From: an uncultured Gammaproteobacteria bacterium
GTDB lineage: Bacteria > Patescibacteriota > Patescibacteriia > Veblenbacterales > UBA10138
NCBI GenBank assembly: GCA_964348825.1
Contig: CAYGDX010000001.1
Location: 367,463 to 431,462, forward strand
Direction: 5' to 3'
DNA length: 64,000 nucleotides
Part shown: piece by piece, positions 49,012 to 55,796 of the stretch
Layout of the letters: the number at the start of each line of letters is the position of its first letter
Position numbering within the stretch: position 1 is the stretch's first letter
Made by a program: the position numbers and the translations under genes
Notes under the pieces: generated by a model
Database searches by the model: none
Told to the model about the DNA's origin: nothing
What the model saw: the letters and a program-made list of their open reading frames with translations, nothing else

Positions 49012-49776
49012 TTATTTTTTACTAACTAAATCAAGAATATCCTTGGTTGGTTTTATTTCCAGAAATTGGTACAGACTTGGTTTAATAACTTCCAATATAG
49101 AAGCAAGGAATCCAGAAGTTTGCCCGTTGTTATTTTTTGCAGTTTTTAACCATCGAGCTTTTGCAACATCAAATGATTCAATTTTATCTTTTTTTAATTT
49201 CGCGATCGCAACAGGTTTATATTCTTGATTAATGATAGAAGCCATAGATGGATTATTTAACATATCAATAACACGCTGTGCATTTTCTGCTTTCATTAAA
49301 TCTCCATCTATAAACTGAAAGTTTCTGTGTACATGCTGTATTCTATGCTCAATGACACCATTAAATACCTCTTTTGTTTTTTCTACGCCTGCTTGAAAAA
49401 AGTCTTCAATGTCATCCTTATTTATTGCAATTTTCTTTATATCTTTTTTTAGTCCAAAAAACAGATTTTCTATTTTATTCTTTAAGGTATCCATATCTTG
49501 TAGATATGCATGAATATGATGATTAAGTTCTTCTGTTCTATCTATTTTTTCTGAATTAGAATAGAACTCTTGAAAATATACTTCATATCGTAAAATCTTC
49601 TGCCATGCATAATTTACACTAATTAATAAATTGTTATACTTCTCGAGATTCTTCTTGTTCAATCTCGAAACATCTAACAAATTTTTCAATTCATTTTTCA
49701 AAATATCTGGATAAAGACAAATTCCAAAGTCTCCCAATATTTCATCCATTATGTGATTTTGGTTTTGGGTAAGCAT
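49012..49776 (-). CDS. Uncharacterised soluble protein embedded between hsdM and hsdS
   Basis: 254 aa with no recognisable domain. It contains an RIQHVH segment (Rx4H-like). It is tightly packed, with 6-7 nt gaps on either side. Confidence 0.45.
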   Translation of the reverse strand: MLTQNQNHIMDEILGDFGICLYPDILKNELKNLLDVSRLNKKNLEKYNNLLISVNYAWQKILRYEVYFQEFYSNSEKIDRTEELNHHIHAYLQDMDTLKNKIENLFFGLKKDIKKIAINKDDIEDFFQAGVEKTKEVFNGVIEHRIQHVHRNFQFIDGDLMKAENAQRVIDMLNNPSMASIINQEYKPVAIAKLKKDKIESFDVAKARWLKTAKNNNGQTSGFLASILEVIKPSLYQFLEIKPTKDILDLVSKK

Positions 49777-49781
49777 ATAAT

Positions 49782-51569
49782 TTAAAATCCTAATTCCTTA
49801 AGATTTTTCTCAATATCTTTTTCTAATTCACGACCCTTTGTAAATGCTTCCCGGAGTTCTCCAGAGAGTTTTTGCATTTTTTCTTCAAAAGAAATTCCAT
49901 CATCTTCAATATCTGCAAGTCCGACATATCTTCCCGGGGTAAGAGTATATCCGTTCTTTTTTATTTCTTCTAGGTTTGCTGATTTACAAAAACCAGAAAC
50001 ATCTTCGTATTTTAGCGCTCCTTTTTCTTCACGCCATGAACGAACAGTACCCGCAATCTTTTCAAGATTATCTTTATTGAAAACAACCTGTTTTCGAGAA
50101 ATTTGTTCAAAAATATCTCGGGCATCAATAAAAAGAGTTTCACCTTTGCGATTACGGAAACGATCGCCACTTTTATTTTTTGCCAAAAACCACAAAGAAA
50201 CCGGGAGAGATACATTATAAAAGAGTTTTGATGGACAAGAAATAATCACGTCCACAAGGTCTGCGTCGATGAGCTTCTGACGAAGTTCACCCTCTTTTCC
50301 AGACACAGCAAGCGCTCCATTTGGCATAACGAATCCCGCATGTCCGTTTGGTGAAAGATGATGTGTAAAGTGTTGCACCCACATAAAATTTGCACTGCCA
50401 GAAGGCGGTACACCTAAAATAATGCGTGGGTCATTGTCAGAAAGTTTTTGAGGTTCCCATTCTGCATTAAACGGAGGATTGGCGATAACAAAATCTGCTT
50501 GAAGATTAGGAAATTTGTCTTGATAGTATGTATTGCCCAATTCTATTTTTCCTGAAAGTCCCCGAATAGCAAGATTCATTTTACAAAGACGAAGTGTTGT
50601 TTGATTGCTTTCTTGTCCACTGATAGAAAGCTTGGATGGATCCATTTTATGATCATGTAAATATTCTCCCATAGACACAAACATTCCACCACTACCGCAG
50701 GCAGGATCAAGAATGCGAGCGTTTTCATATGGCTCAAGAATTTCAACAAGAAGTTTTACAATAGAACGAGGGGTAAAAAATTCTCCTCCGCGCTTTCCTT
50801 CGGCAGAAGCAAATTGTCCCAAAAAATATTCATAGATGCGACCGAGAATGTCTTTTTCTCGGTCAAAATCGTGATCAAAAGAAATTTTAGAAAAAATATT
50901 TACCAATTCACCAAGAACAGTGTGGTCCAAATTTGTTTTTGTATATACACGAGGAAGAACATTTTCAAGTTGTACAGGATTATCTTTCTCAATCAATTCC
51001 ATTGCGTTGTCCAAAACTTTTCCCAAATCAGGACTCATGGTCTTTGTTTGTAAATATTCCCAACGAGATTTTTCCGGAACGTAGAATACACCCTCGGAAG
51101 TATAAAAATCTTTTGTTTCAAGAATTGCTTTTCGTGCTTCATCGGTCGGAACATAAAAATCTTCATTCTTTTTATCGCGAGTCATTCCCGTAAGAATTTC
51201 TCTGCGTTTATAGAATGAGTCAGAAATGTATTTCAAGAAAAGTAAGCCTAAAACTATGTTTTTATATTCCGAAACGTCTATATTTCCACGTAATTTATCT
51301 GCCGCCGCCCAAAGTTCTTTTTCAAAACCAAGGTCATGGTGATTAACCCCAGTCTTTTTGGAAATTGCTTTTTCTTGAGCTTTTTTTTGCTCTTCTTTTA
51401 TACGATCTTTTATTTGCTGAGATAAACTACCTATTTCATATAAAAAACCGGTACCTACTTCCTTAACCTTTAAATTGGCTTCGCCTTTTAATTTCTTTTG
51501 AATTGCCTGCCTCGTAACTCCCAAAATACGAGCCAAGTCTGCAGTTGAAATGTAGTCATTATTATTCAT
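49782..51569 (-). CDS. hsdM: Type I restriction-modification methyltransferase subunit (HsdM) with an N-terminal HTH extension
   Basis: N-terminal HTH region YISTADLARILGVTRQAIQKKL, then the HsdM N-domain and a gamma-class N6-adenine MTase domain (FFTPRSIV; NPPF motif VIANPPFN). The likely start is the ATG at 51567-51569; the track's TTG-start extension to 51587 would lie inside the promoter. Confidence 0.85.
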   Translation of the reverse strand: MNNNDYISTADLARILGVTRQAIQKKLKGEANLKVKEVGTGFLYEIGSLSQQIKDRIKEEQKKAQEKAISKKTGVNHHDLGFEKELWAAADKLRGNIDVSEYKNIVLGLLFLKYISDSFYKRREILTGMTRDKKNEDFYVPTDEARKAILETKDFYTSEGVFYVPEKSRWEYLQTKTMSPDLGKVLDNAMELIEKDNPVQLENVLPRVYTKTNLDHTVLGELVNIFSKISFDHDFDREKDILGRIYEYFLGQFASAEGKRGGEFFTPRSIVKLLVEILEPYENARILDPACGSGGMFVSMGEYLHDHKMDPSKLSISGQESNQTTLRLCKMNLAIRGLSGKIELGNTYYQDKFPNLQADFVIANPPFNAEWEPQKLSDNDPRIILGVPPSGSANFMWVQHFTHHLSPNGHAGFVMPNGALAVSGKEGELRQKLIDADLVDVIISCPSKLFYNVSLPVSLWFLAKNKSGDRFRNRKGETLFIDARDIFEQISRKQVVFNKDNLEKIAGTVRSWREEKGALKYEDVSGFCKSANLEEIKKNGYTLTPGRYVGLADIEDDGISFEEKMQKLSGELREAFTKGRELEKDIEKNLKELGF

Positions 51570-51577
51570 ACCAAGTA

Positions 51578-51623
51578 AGTGTAGCAAAACACTAATAGGT
51601 TGTCAAGTGACAACCTATTAGTG
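51578..51623 (-). promoter_or_regulatory. Promoter of the hsdM operon, embedded in a perfect 16-2-16 palindrome (candidate autoregulatory operator)
   Basis: On the minus strand, TTGACA (51601-51606), a 17-nt spacer, then TACACT (51578-51583), with the ATG 8 nt downstream. The palindrome CACTAATAGGTTGTCA-AG-TGACAACCTATTAGTG spans 51590-51623. Confidence 0.5.
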
Positions 51624-51879
51624 AATCAATCTGCCACAAAAATACTTAAAAAACAGTCTCAAAAAGTAGTTCTAAAAAATAGCCAATTTATTAATTACAA
51701 TGCTAGCAAATTTTACAAAAATTGTCTAAAAAATAACACTTCCTAATAATCAGCCAAAACACATACTTTTATCTCAATTTTCTACTAAATCATGCACGCC
51801 ACTGGACTTGGTATAACTAACGACAATTTAAACACTATTACAACCACACAATTTTAATTCAGCGTAACCCTATATTACA

Positions 51880-51912
51880 AAAACTTCCCCGCTATCTTGG
51901 GGAAGTTTTTTA
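51880..51912. terminator. Bidirectional intrinsic terminator
   Basis: AACTTCCCC/GGGGAAGTT stem flanked by an A-run and a T-run. It separates the HTH-ATPase gene unit from the RM operon. Confidence 0.65.
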
Positions 51913-52028
51913 CCTGTTGCCACAGATATATAATAGAAAAACTTGCATTCTTTTGCAAGAGTGTAACATAATGCATAGATGTCCACCCCGCTACACTTAT
52001 AAATCTAAACAAATAATTCTACGCATCG

Positions 52029-52187
52029 CTGGGAGACATGGATTCTGCGCCTTTTCGGCGCATCCGCCGTGAAGGCGGAGAACTACTTTATATTTAGATC
52101 CAGAATCTGTTGTCCCCGCCTTTTCGGCGCGCCTGCCTCCTCGGCAGGTAAATCGCAAATGAGGCGACTACCATTAAACGACCCCCT
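52029..52187 (-). repeat. Degenerate tRNA-Gln-like composite element (copy A)
   Basis: In minus-strand orientation it reads AGGGGGTCGTTTAATGGTAG, then a 52-nt insert, then GGACAACAGATTCTGGATCT, then about 50 nt, then AGAATCCATGTCTCCCAG. The tRNA-Gln D-arm, anticodon arm (CUG) and 3' end are interrupted by a structured module with GAAA-tetraloop hairpins. The acceptor stem is not complementary, so it is probably non-functional. Confidence 0.55.
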
Positions 52188-52211
52188 TAGTTTCGTAATT
52201 CAAAGTTCACA

Positions 52212-53261
52212 TTACTTTTTAATCTTTGCCTCATTTTTTGACCTCTCGACCATAAACCTTACTCCTTCTGACATATTAGATTCTTTAATTTCTATATCCG
52301 GATGAGCATTTTGAAAAACACGATAAATTTCATCAGCAAATGCTTGACCAACTACCGGCACACCATCAAAATCAAGTAGTATTATTTTAAATTTATCTAA
52401 ACCAAATAGAATTCGTCGTGCTTGTGAACGTGAAATATTAACACCGCCCATTGTAAAAAGTTTAACTCTAATTTCAGTTTTATCAAAACCATAATCACTG
52501 TCAACTGAAATATTTGTATACTTCTTGAACACATCAGTAAGGTGTAGCCCTGAATTAACATCGATTTCAAAAATAACCTTAGTACCTCTTTTTACTATTG
52601 GAATATTTTTTATATTTGGACCTTTTGCCGTAATGATAAGTTGATAACGGAAACTATTCAATATAAATGTATCTGCTGATTTAGAGGTAAAAAAAATCCC
52701 CTCTCCAGAATGAGATTTTGACATTGTTGTTGTTTTACCTTTGAGTAAATCTTGAATCGCCTCAATTTCAGAATGAAGCTTTTTTTTCTTCATAATATTA
52801 CGAAATACTCCCACACCCGAATCCTCTACTATAAAAGAAAGTTTGCTATCGCGAATCGCAACTTCAATATTTATTACTTTTGACTTCGAATGTTCAATCG
52901 CATTATTAAATATTTCAGAAAATGCAAAGGTAAAAATACTTTGAATGTTTTCTGGTAATTTTAGAAGCTGTGAAAATCTCTGCTCTACTTCCATAAGAAC
53001 TTTGTGTTCTTCTAATTTTATATTTTTATATTTTTTACGAAAAATAGATGGAAATACCTTGGGATTTTTTTCTGCATATTCCGTAGAAATGTAAAAGGCA
53101 GAGCGTGTTCCACCAAATTTTATTATTTCTTTTTCAAAAATAAGCTCTGCTATAAGTTGGTTTACATATTGGCGAGACACACCAAACTGCACAGAAAGCT
53201 CTTTAGTAGTCACTTTCCCTTGTTTATTCGCTATTTCTAGTATTTTTATTTTATTTATCAT
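52212..53261 (-). CDS. Three-domain protein: N-terminal winged HTH, GHKL/HATPase_c ATPase (anti-sigma-factor-kinase-like) and a C-terminal STAS-like DUF4325 domain
   Basis: HTH KVTTKELSVQFGVSRQYVNQLIAEL. GHKL N-box EIFNNAIEHS, G1 box VEDSGVGV and G2 box SGEGIFF. C-terminal LLDFDGVPVVGQAFADEIYRVF is typical of DUF4325. The likely start is the ATG at 53259-53261; the track's TTG-start ORF extends to 53294. Confidence 0.6.
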   Translation of the reverse strand: MINKIKILEIANKQGKVTTKELSVQFGVSRQYVNQLIAELIFEKEIIKFGGTRSAFYISTEYAEKNPKVFPSIFRKKYKNIKLEEHKVLMEVEQRFSQLLKLPENIQSIFTFAFSEIFNNAIEHSKSKVINIEVAIRDSKLSFIVEDSGVGVFRNIMKKKKLHSEIEAIQDLLKGKTTTMSKSHSGEGIFFTSKSADTFILNSFRYQLIITAKGPNIKNIPIVKRGTKVIFEIDVNSGLHLTDVFKKYTNISVDSDYGFDKTEIRVKLFTMGGVNISRSQARRILFGLDKFKIILLDFDGVPVVGQAFADEIYRVFQNAHPDIEIKESNMSEGVRFMVERSKNEAKIKK

Positions 53262-53271
53262 AAGCAAGTAT

Positions 53272-53312
53272 ATTGTAAACCAATCTATAATCAATTGTCA
53301 AGTAATTGACAA
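53272..53312 (-). promoter_or_regulatory. Promoter with a palindromic -35 region for the HTH-GHKL-STAS gene
   Basis: On the minus strand, TTGTCAATTACTTGACA includes a TTGACA -35 (53296-53301). A 17-nt spacer follows, then TACAAT (53272-53277), with the ATG 10 nt downstream. It shares the TTGTCA/TGACAA half-sites with the hsdM promoter. Confidence 0.5.
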
Positions 53313-53371
53313 CTAGCCCAGTAATGTTTTATATGAAACAAATCCGCCAAAATTGTTAATCATCGTCCCAA

Positions 53372-53491
53372 CTGGGAGACATGGATCCCTGTAGTATATC
53401 ACTTCGGTGATAACTACAGGGCGCGGTCGGCGCCTCTTCGGCGGGCCTGCCTCACCGGTAGGTAAATCGCTAATTAGGCGACTACTCATTC
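53372..53491 (-). repeat. tRNA-Gln-derived structured repeat (copy B), immediately 3' of the genuine tRNA-Gln
   Basis: It carries the same roughly 55-nt three-hairpin module as copy A (GTAGTCGCCTAATTAGCGATTTACCTACCGGTGAGGCAGGCCCGCCGAAGAGGCG). After that comes a perfect 13-bp hairpin with a CGAA loop, and then a copy of the tRNA 3' end, GATCCATGTCTCCCAG. Confidence 0.55.
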
Positions 53492-53500
53492 TCTATATAA

Positions 53501-53571
53501 CTGGGGGACATGGATTCGAACCATGATAAACAGATCCAGAATCTGTTGTCCTACCATTAGACGATCCCCCA
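53501..53571 (-). tRNA. tRNA-Gln (anticodon CUG)
   Basis: Hand-folded cloverleaf. Acceptor stem UGGGGGA/UCCCCCA with U1:A72 and discriminator G73, both Gln identity elements. D-arm GUCU/GGAC. Anticodon arm ACAGA-UUCUGGA-UCUGU. A 4-nt variable loop. T-arm CAUGG-UUCGAAU-CCAUG. No CCA is encoded. Confidence 0.85.
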
Positions 53572-53589
53572 ACGTATTTAAATTCTAAA

Positions 53590-53710
53590 CACTAAATCCG
53601 AAATCCTAAATAAATTTTAAAATCCTAAATTCAAATGTTTAAAACTTTTTTTTGGATTTTAGTCATTGGGATTTATTTGGGATTTAGAAATTAGGATTTA
53701 GGATTTTTAA
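53590..53710. repeat. Intergenic palindromic AAATCC-family repeat (copy 4) between tRNA-Gln and dnaX
   Basis: aaatccgaaatcctaaataaattttaaaatcctaaatt ... tttggattttagtcattgggatttatttgggatttagaaattaggatttaggattttt. Confidence 0.6.
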
Positions 53711-53780
53711 ACGATTGATATGTCTTATTAGTTGGGTTTGCTCTCTCAAATTTCGAGATTACAACCCAATCTACCTACCT

Positions 53781-55316
53781 TTACCCATCCACCACTTGCC
53801 CACCAAAAGTATTAAGCACACTGGAAAATAAATCAGGCGTGGTTGGTGGCGGGCTAACAATTGATTTTATTTTGAGAGTTGTGCCCATAATTTCCGCCAC
53901 CGCTTTTTCCACAGCTAAATTAATTTTGCTATCTGCTAAACGTTCTTTGTGTAATTTATATTGAAATGAAATAGTAAGTGCGCGCCCCACAAACTCTTTG
54001 GGCTCAGCCATACTTAAAATAAATGACAAAGAGTGATTAACTGGTTTTAATTTAGCAATCACTTGGGGCCACAACTGTTTAATTGATTCCAAAGTTAAAT
54101 CAGTTGGCGTAGTTGCTTCGGTTGATGAATTCTGAGGCACCTCCGCACTTGAATCACTTTGACTAACAACTGAAGCTTGACCACTGGCTGACGCTTTATT
54201 ATTCACCTCTTTTATTTCTGTGCCATTGGTACAAATAGTAATAATAGCAAGCTCTAAATTGAGCTGGGGAATTTCACTTTGCTTCCAACTATTTTCGGCC
54301 TGCGACCAAGTTTGAATAATAAATTGTAAACGCGGCATAGTTAAACCTTCGGCTGATTTGGCCACCGCTATTTGCTCATCTTTCGCCAATAAATTTATTT
54401 CTTCGCTTAATTTTTGTCCACCTAATTTATAAAGCATTATCAAACGCAAAAAATTTAATACTTGACTATAAAAAACTGATAATTCCCCACCCTCATTCAA
54501 ATAATCATTAAGAATTGTGATACCTTGAGCCGCGTCACGTTTGATTAAAGCGCTAATTATATTTTGCACTACTTCAGTATCAACTTTTGGTAAAACTAAA
54601 TTGGCGCGGGCGGAATCTATTTTACTGCCACCTAATCCTAAAACTTTACCGAGTAAACTTTCAGCATCGCGCACCGAACCTTGGGCGAGGTATGCCACGC
54701 GGCGCAAAACTTCATCATCTACCTCAATTTTTTCTAAACCAATTAAATCATTTAAACGGATAAGTAAAACATCAACCGCCACACGATGAAAATCAAAGCG
54801 CTGACAACGGGAAATAATAGTGGCTGGCACTTTGTGAACATCAGTGGTCGCTAGAATGAATACCACGTGCGCTGGCGGCTCTTCTAAGGTCTTTAAGAGC
54901 GCGTTAAAGGCCTCGGTGGTAAGCATATGCACTTCATCCACAATAATCACCTTATAGCGTGAACCGGCTGTGCCTAGTGGGATATTTTCACGAATAGCGC
55001 GAATATCATCAATCCGCCGGTTCGAGGCGGCGTCGAGCTCTAAAACGTCAAGTGATAAACCGCGAGTTATGGCGACACAAGAATCACACTCACCGCACGG
55101 CTCGCCTGAATTCGCCTTCTTTTTTTCGCAGTTTAAGGCCTTGGCGAGTAATCGCGCTACAGTGGTCTTGCCTACTCCGCGCATGCCGCAAAATAAATAA
55201 GCGTGGGCTAATTGCCCACTTAAAATTTGTTGAAGAAGTGTGGTTTTAATATGTTCTTGCCCCACCAAATCACGGAAGAATTGCGGGCGATATTTACGGT
55301 ATAAAGTAGTAGACAT
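53781..55316 (-). CDS. dnaX: DNA polymerase III subunit gamma/tau
   Basis: AAA+ Walker A GMRGVGKTT, a Zn module CGECDSC, box VII/sensor motifs and a C-terminal tau-like extension. Confidence 0.9.
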   Translation of the reverse strand: MSTTLYRKYRPQFFRDLVGQEHIKTTLLQQILSGQLAHAYLFCGMRGVGKTTVARLLAKALNCEKKKANSGEPCGECDSCVAITRGLSLDVLELDAASNRRIDDIRAIRENIPLGTAGSRYKVIIVDEVHMLTTEAFNALLKTLEEPPAHVVFILATTDVHKVPATIISRCQRFDFHRVAVDVLLIRLNDLIGLEKIEVDDEVLRRVAYLAQGSVRDAESLLGKVLGLGGSKIDSARANLVLPKVDTEVVQNIISALIKRDAAQGITILNDYLNEGGELSVFYSQVLNFLRLIMLYKLGGQKLSEEINLLAKDEQIAVAKSAEGLTMPRLQFIIQTWSQAENSWKQSEIPQLNLELAIITICTNGTEIKEVNNKASASGQASVVSQSDSSAEVPQNSSTEATTPTDLTLESIKQLWPQVIAKLKPVNHSLSFILSMAEPKEFVGRALTISFQYKLHKERLADSKINLAVEKAVAEIMGTTLKIKSIVSPPPTTPDLFSSVLNTFGGQVVDG

Positions 55317-55420
55317 ATAGCGTACTTATTTTAGCACTGCTACTGAATCTAGCAAGTAGTTAATTGCTACCACGCCCACTCTTACGCGATAATAAAATCC
55401 TGTAAAAATACGGGGGTAGA

Positions 55421-55545
55421 AATGTCAAATGTCAAAATCCAAATGTCAAATCAAATCCCAAATCCAAATGTTTAAAATTTTAATCATTTGGTCATTTGAC
55501 ATTGATTTGTAATTTGAGCTTGGGATTTTGGATTTTTAAACTAAA
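55421..55545. repeat. Intergenic palindromic repeat (copy 5; AAATGTCAAA / AAATCC units with an inverted partner)
   Basis: aaatgtcaaatgtcaaaatccaaatgtcaaatcaaatcccaaatccaaatg ... catttggtcatttgacattgatttg...tgggattttggattttt. Confidence 0.55.
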
Positions 55546-55572
55546 AACCCCTCTTTTAAACAGGGGCTTTAC
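55546..55572 (-). terminator. Weak intrinsic terminator after the 63-aa gene
   Basis: CCCCT/AGGGG stem with a 9-nt loop, followed on the minus strand by a T-run. Confidence 0.3.
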
Positions 55573-55592
55573 GGAAATTATAAATTTATCAA

Positions 55593-55784
55593 TTACATTT
55601 CTAACGGTGACACATTTTCTTCCTCATGCTTTTGTTTTCGTATTATTTCATCAGCCTTTTTTACAGCATCTTCGTATAACAATCCATTCTCTGCTTCCAT
55701 TAGCTGAAATGCAATAGCATCTCTTTCAAAAAATATCTGATCAATATGATTATTATGATCACCGTTTGGCATAATTTCAATCAA
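55593..55784 (-). CDS. Small acidic hypothetical protein
   Basis: 63 aa ORF with no recognisable motif. Confidence 0.3.
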   Translation of the reverse strand: MIEIMPNGDHNNHIDQIFFERDAIAFQLMEAENGLLYEDAVKKADEIIRKQKHEEENVSPLEM

Positions 55785-55796
55785 AATATATATTAA

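Noticed and set aside
52029-52187. Copy A as a functional intron-containing tRNA-Gln
   Set aside because: After removing the inserts, the remaining sequence lacks a complete anticodon-stem 3' strand, a variable loop and a T-arm 5' strand. The acceptor stem halves (AGGGGGU against UCUCCCA) are also not fully complementary. Bacterial tRNA introns are group I introns of more than 200 nt, which is not the case here.
51570-53294. The TTG-start N-terminal extensions of hsdM (to 51587) and of the HTH-GHKL-STAS gene (to 53294), as called in the ORF track
   Set aside because: The extensions would run through the -10, spacer and -35 of near-consensus promoters. The downstream in-frame ATGs (51567-51569 and 53259-53261) are better starts.
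40281-53571. Presence of an integrase, recombinase or transposase that would define the island as an active mobile element
   Set aside because: No ORF in the window shows tyrosine or serine recombinase motifs (R-H-R-Y, or an S-R catalytic pair) or a DDE transposase signature. The island is interpreted as a remnant, or as mobilised in trans.
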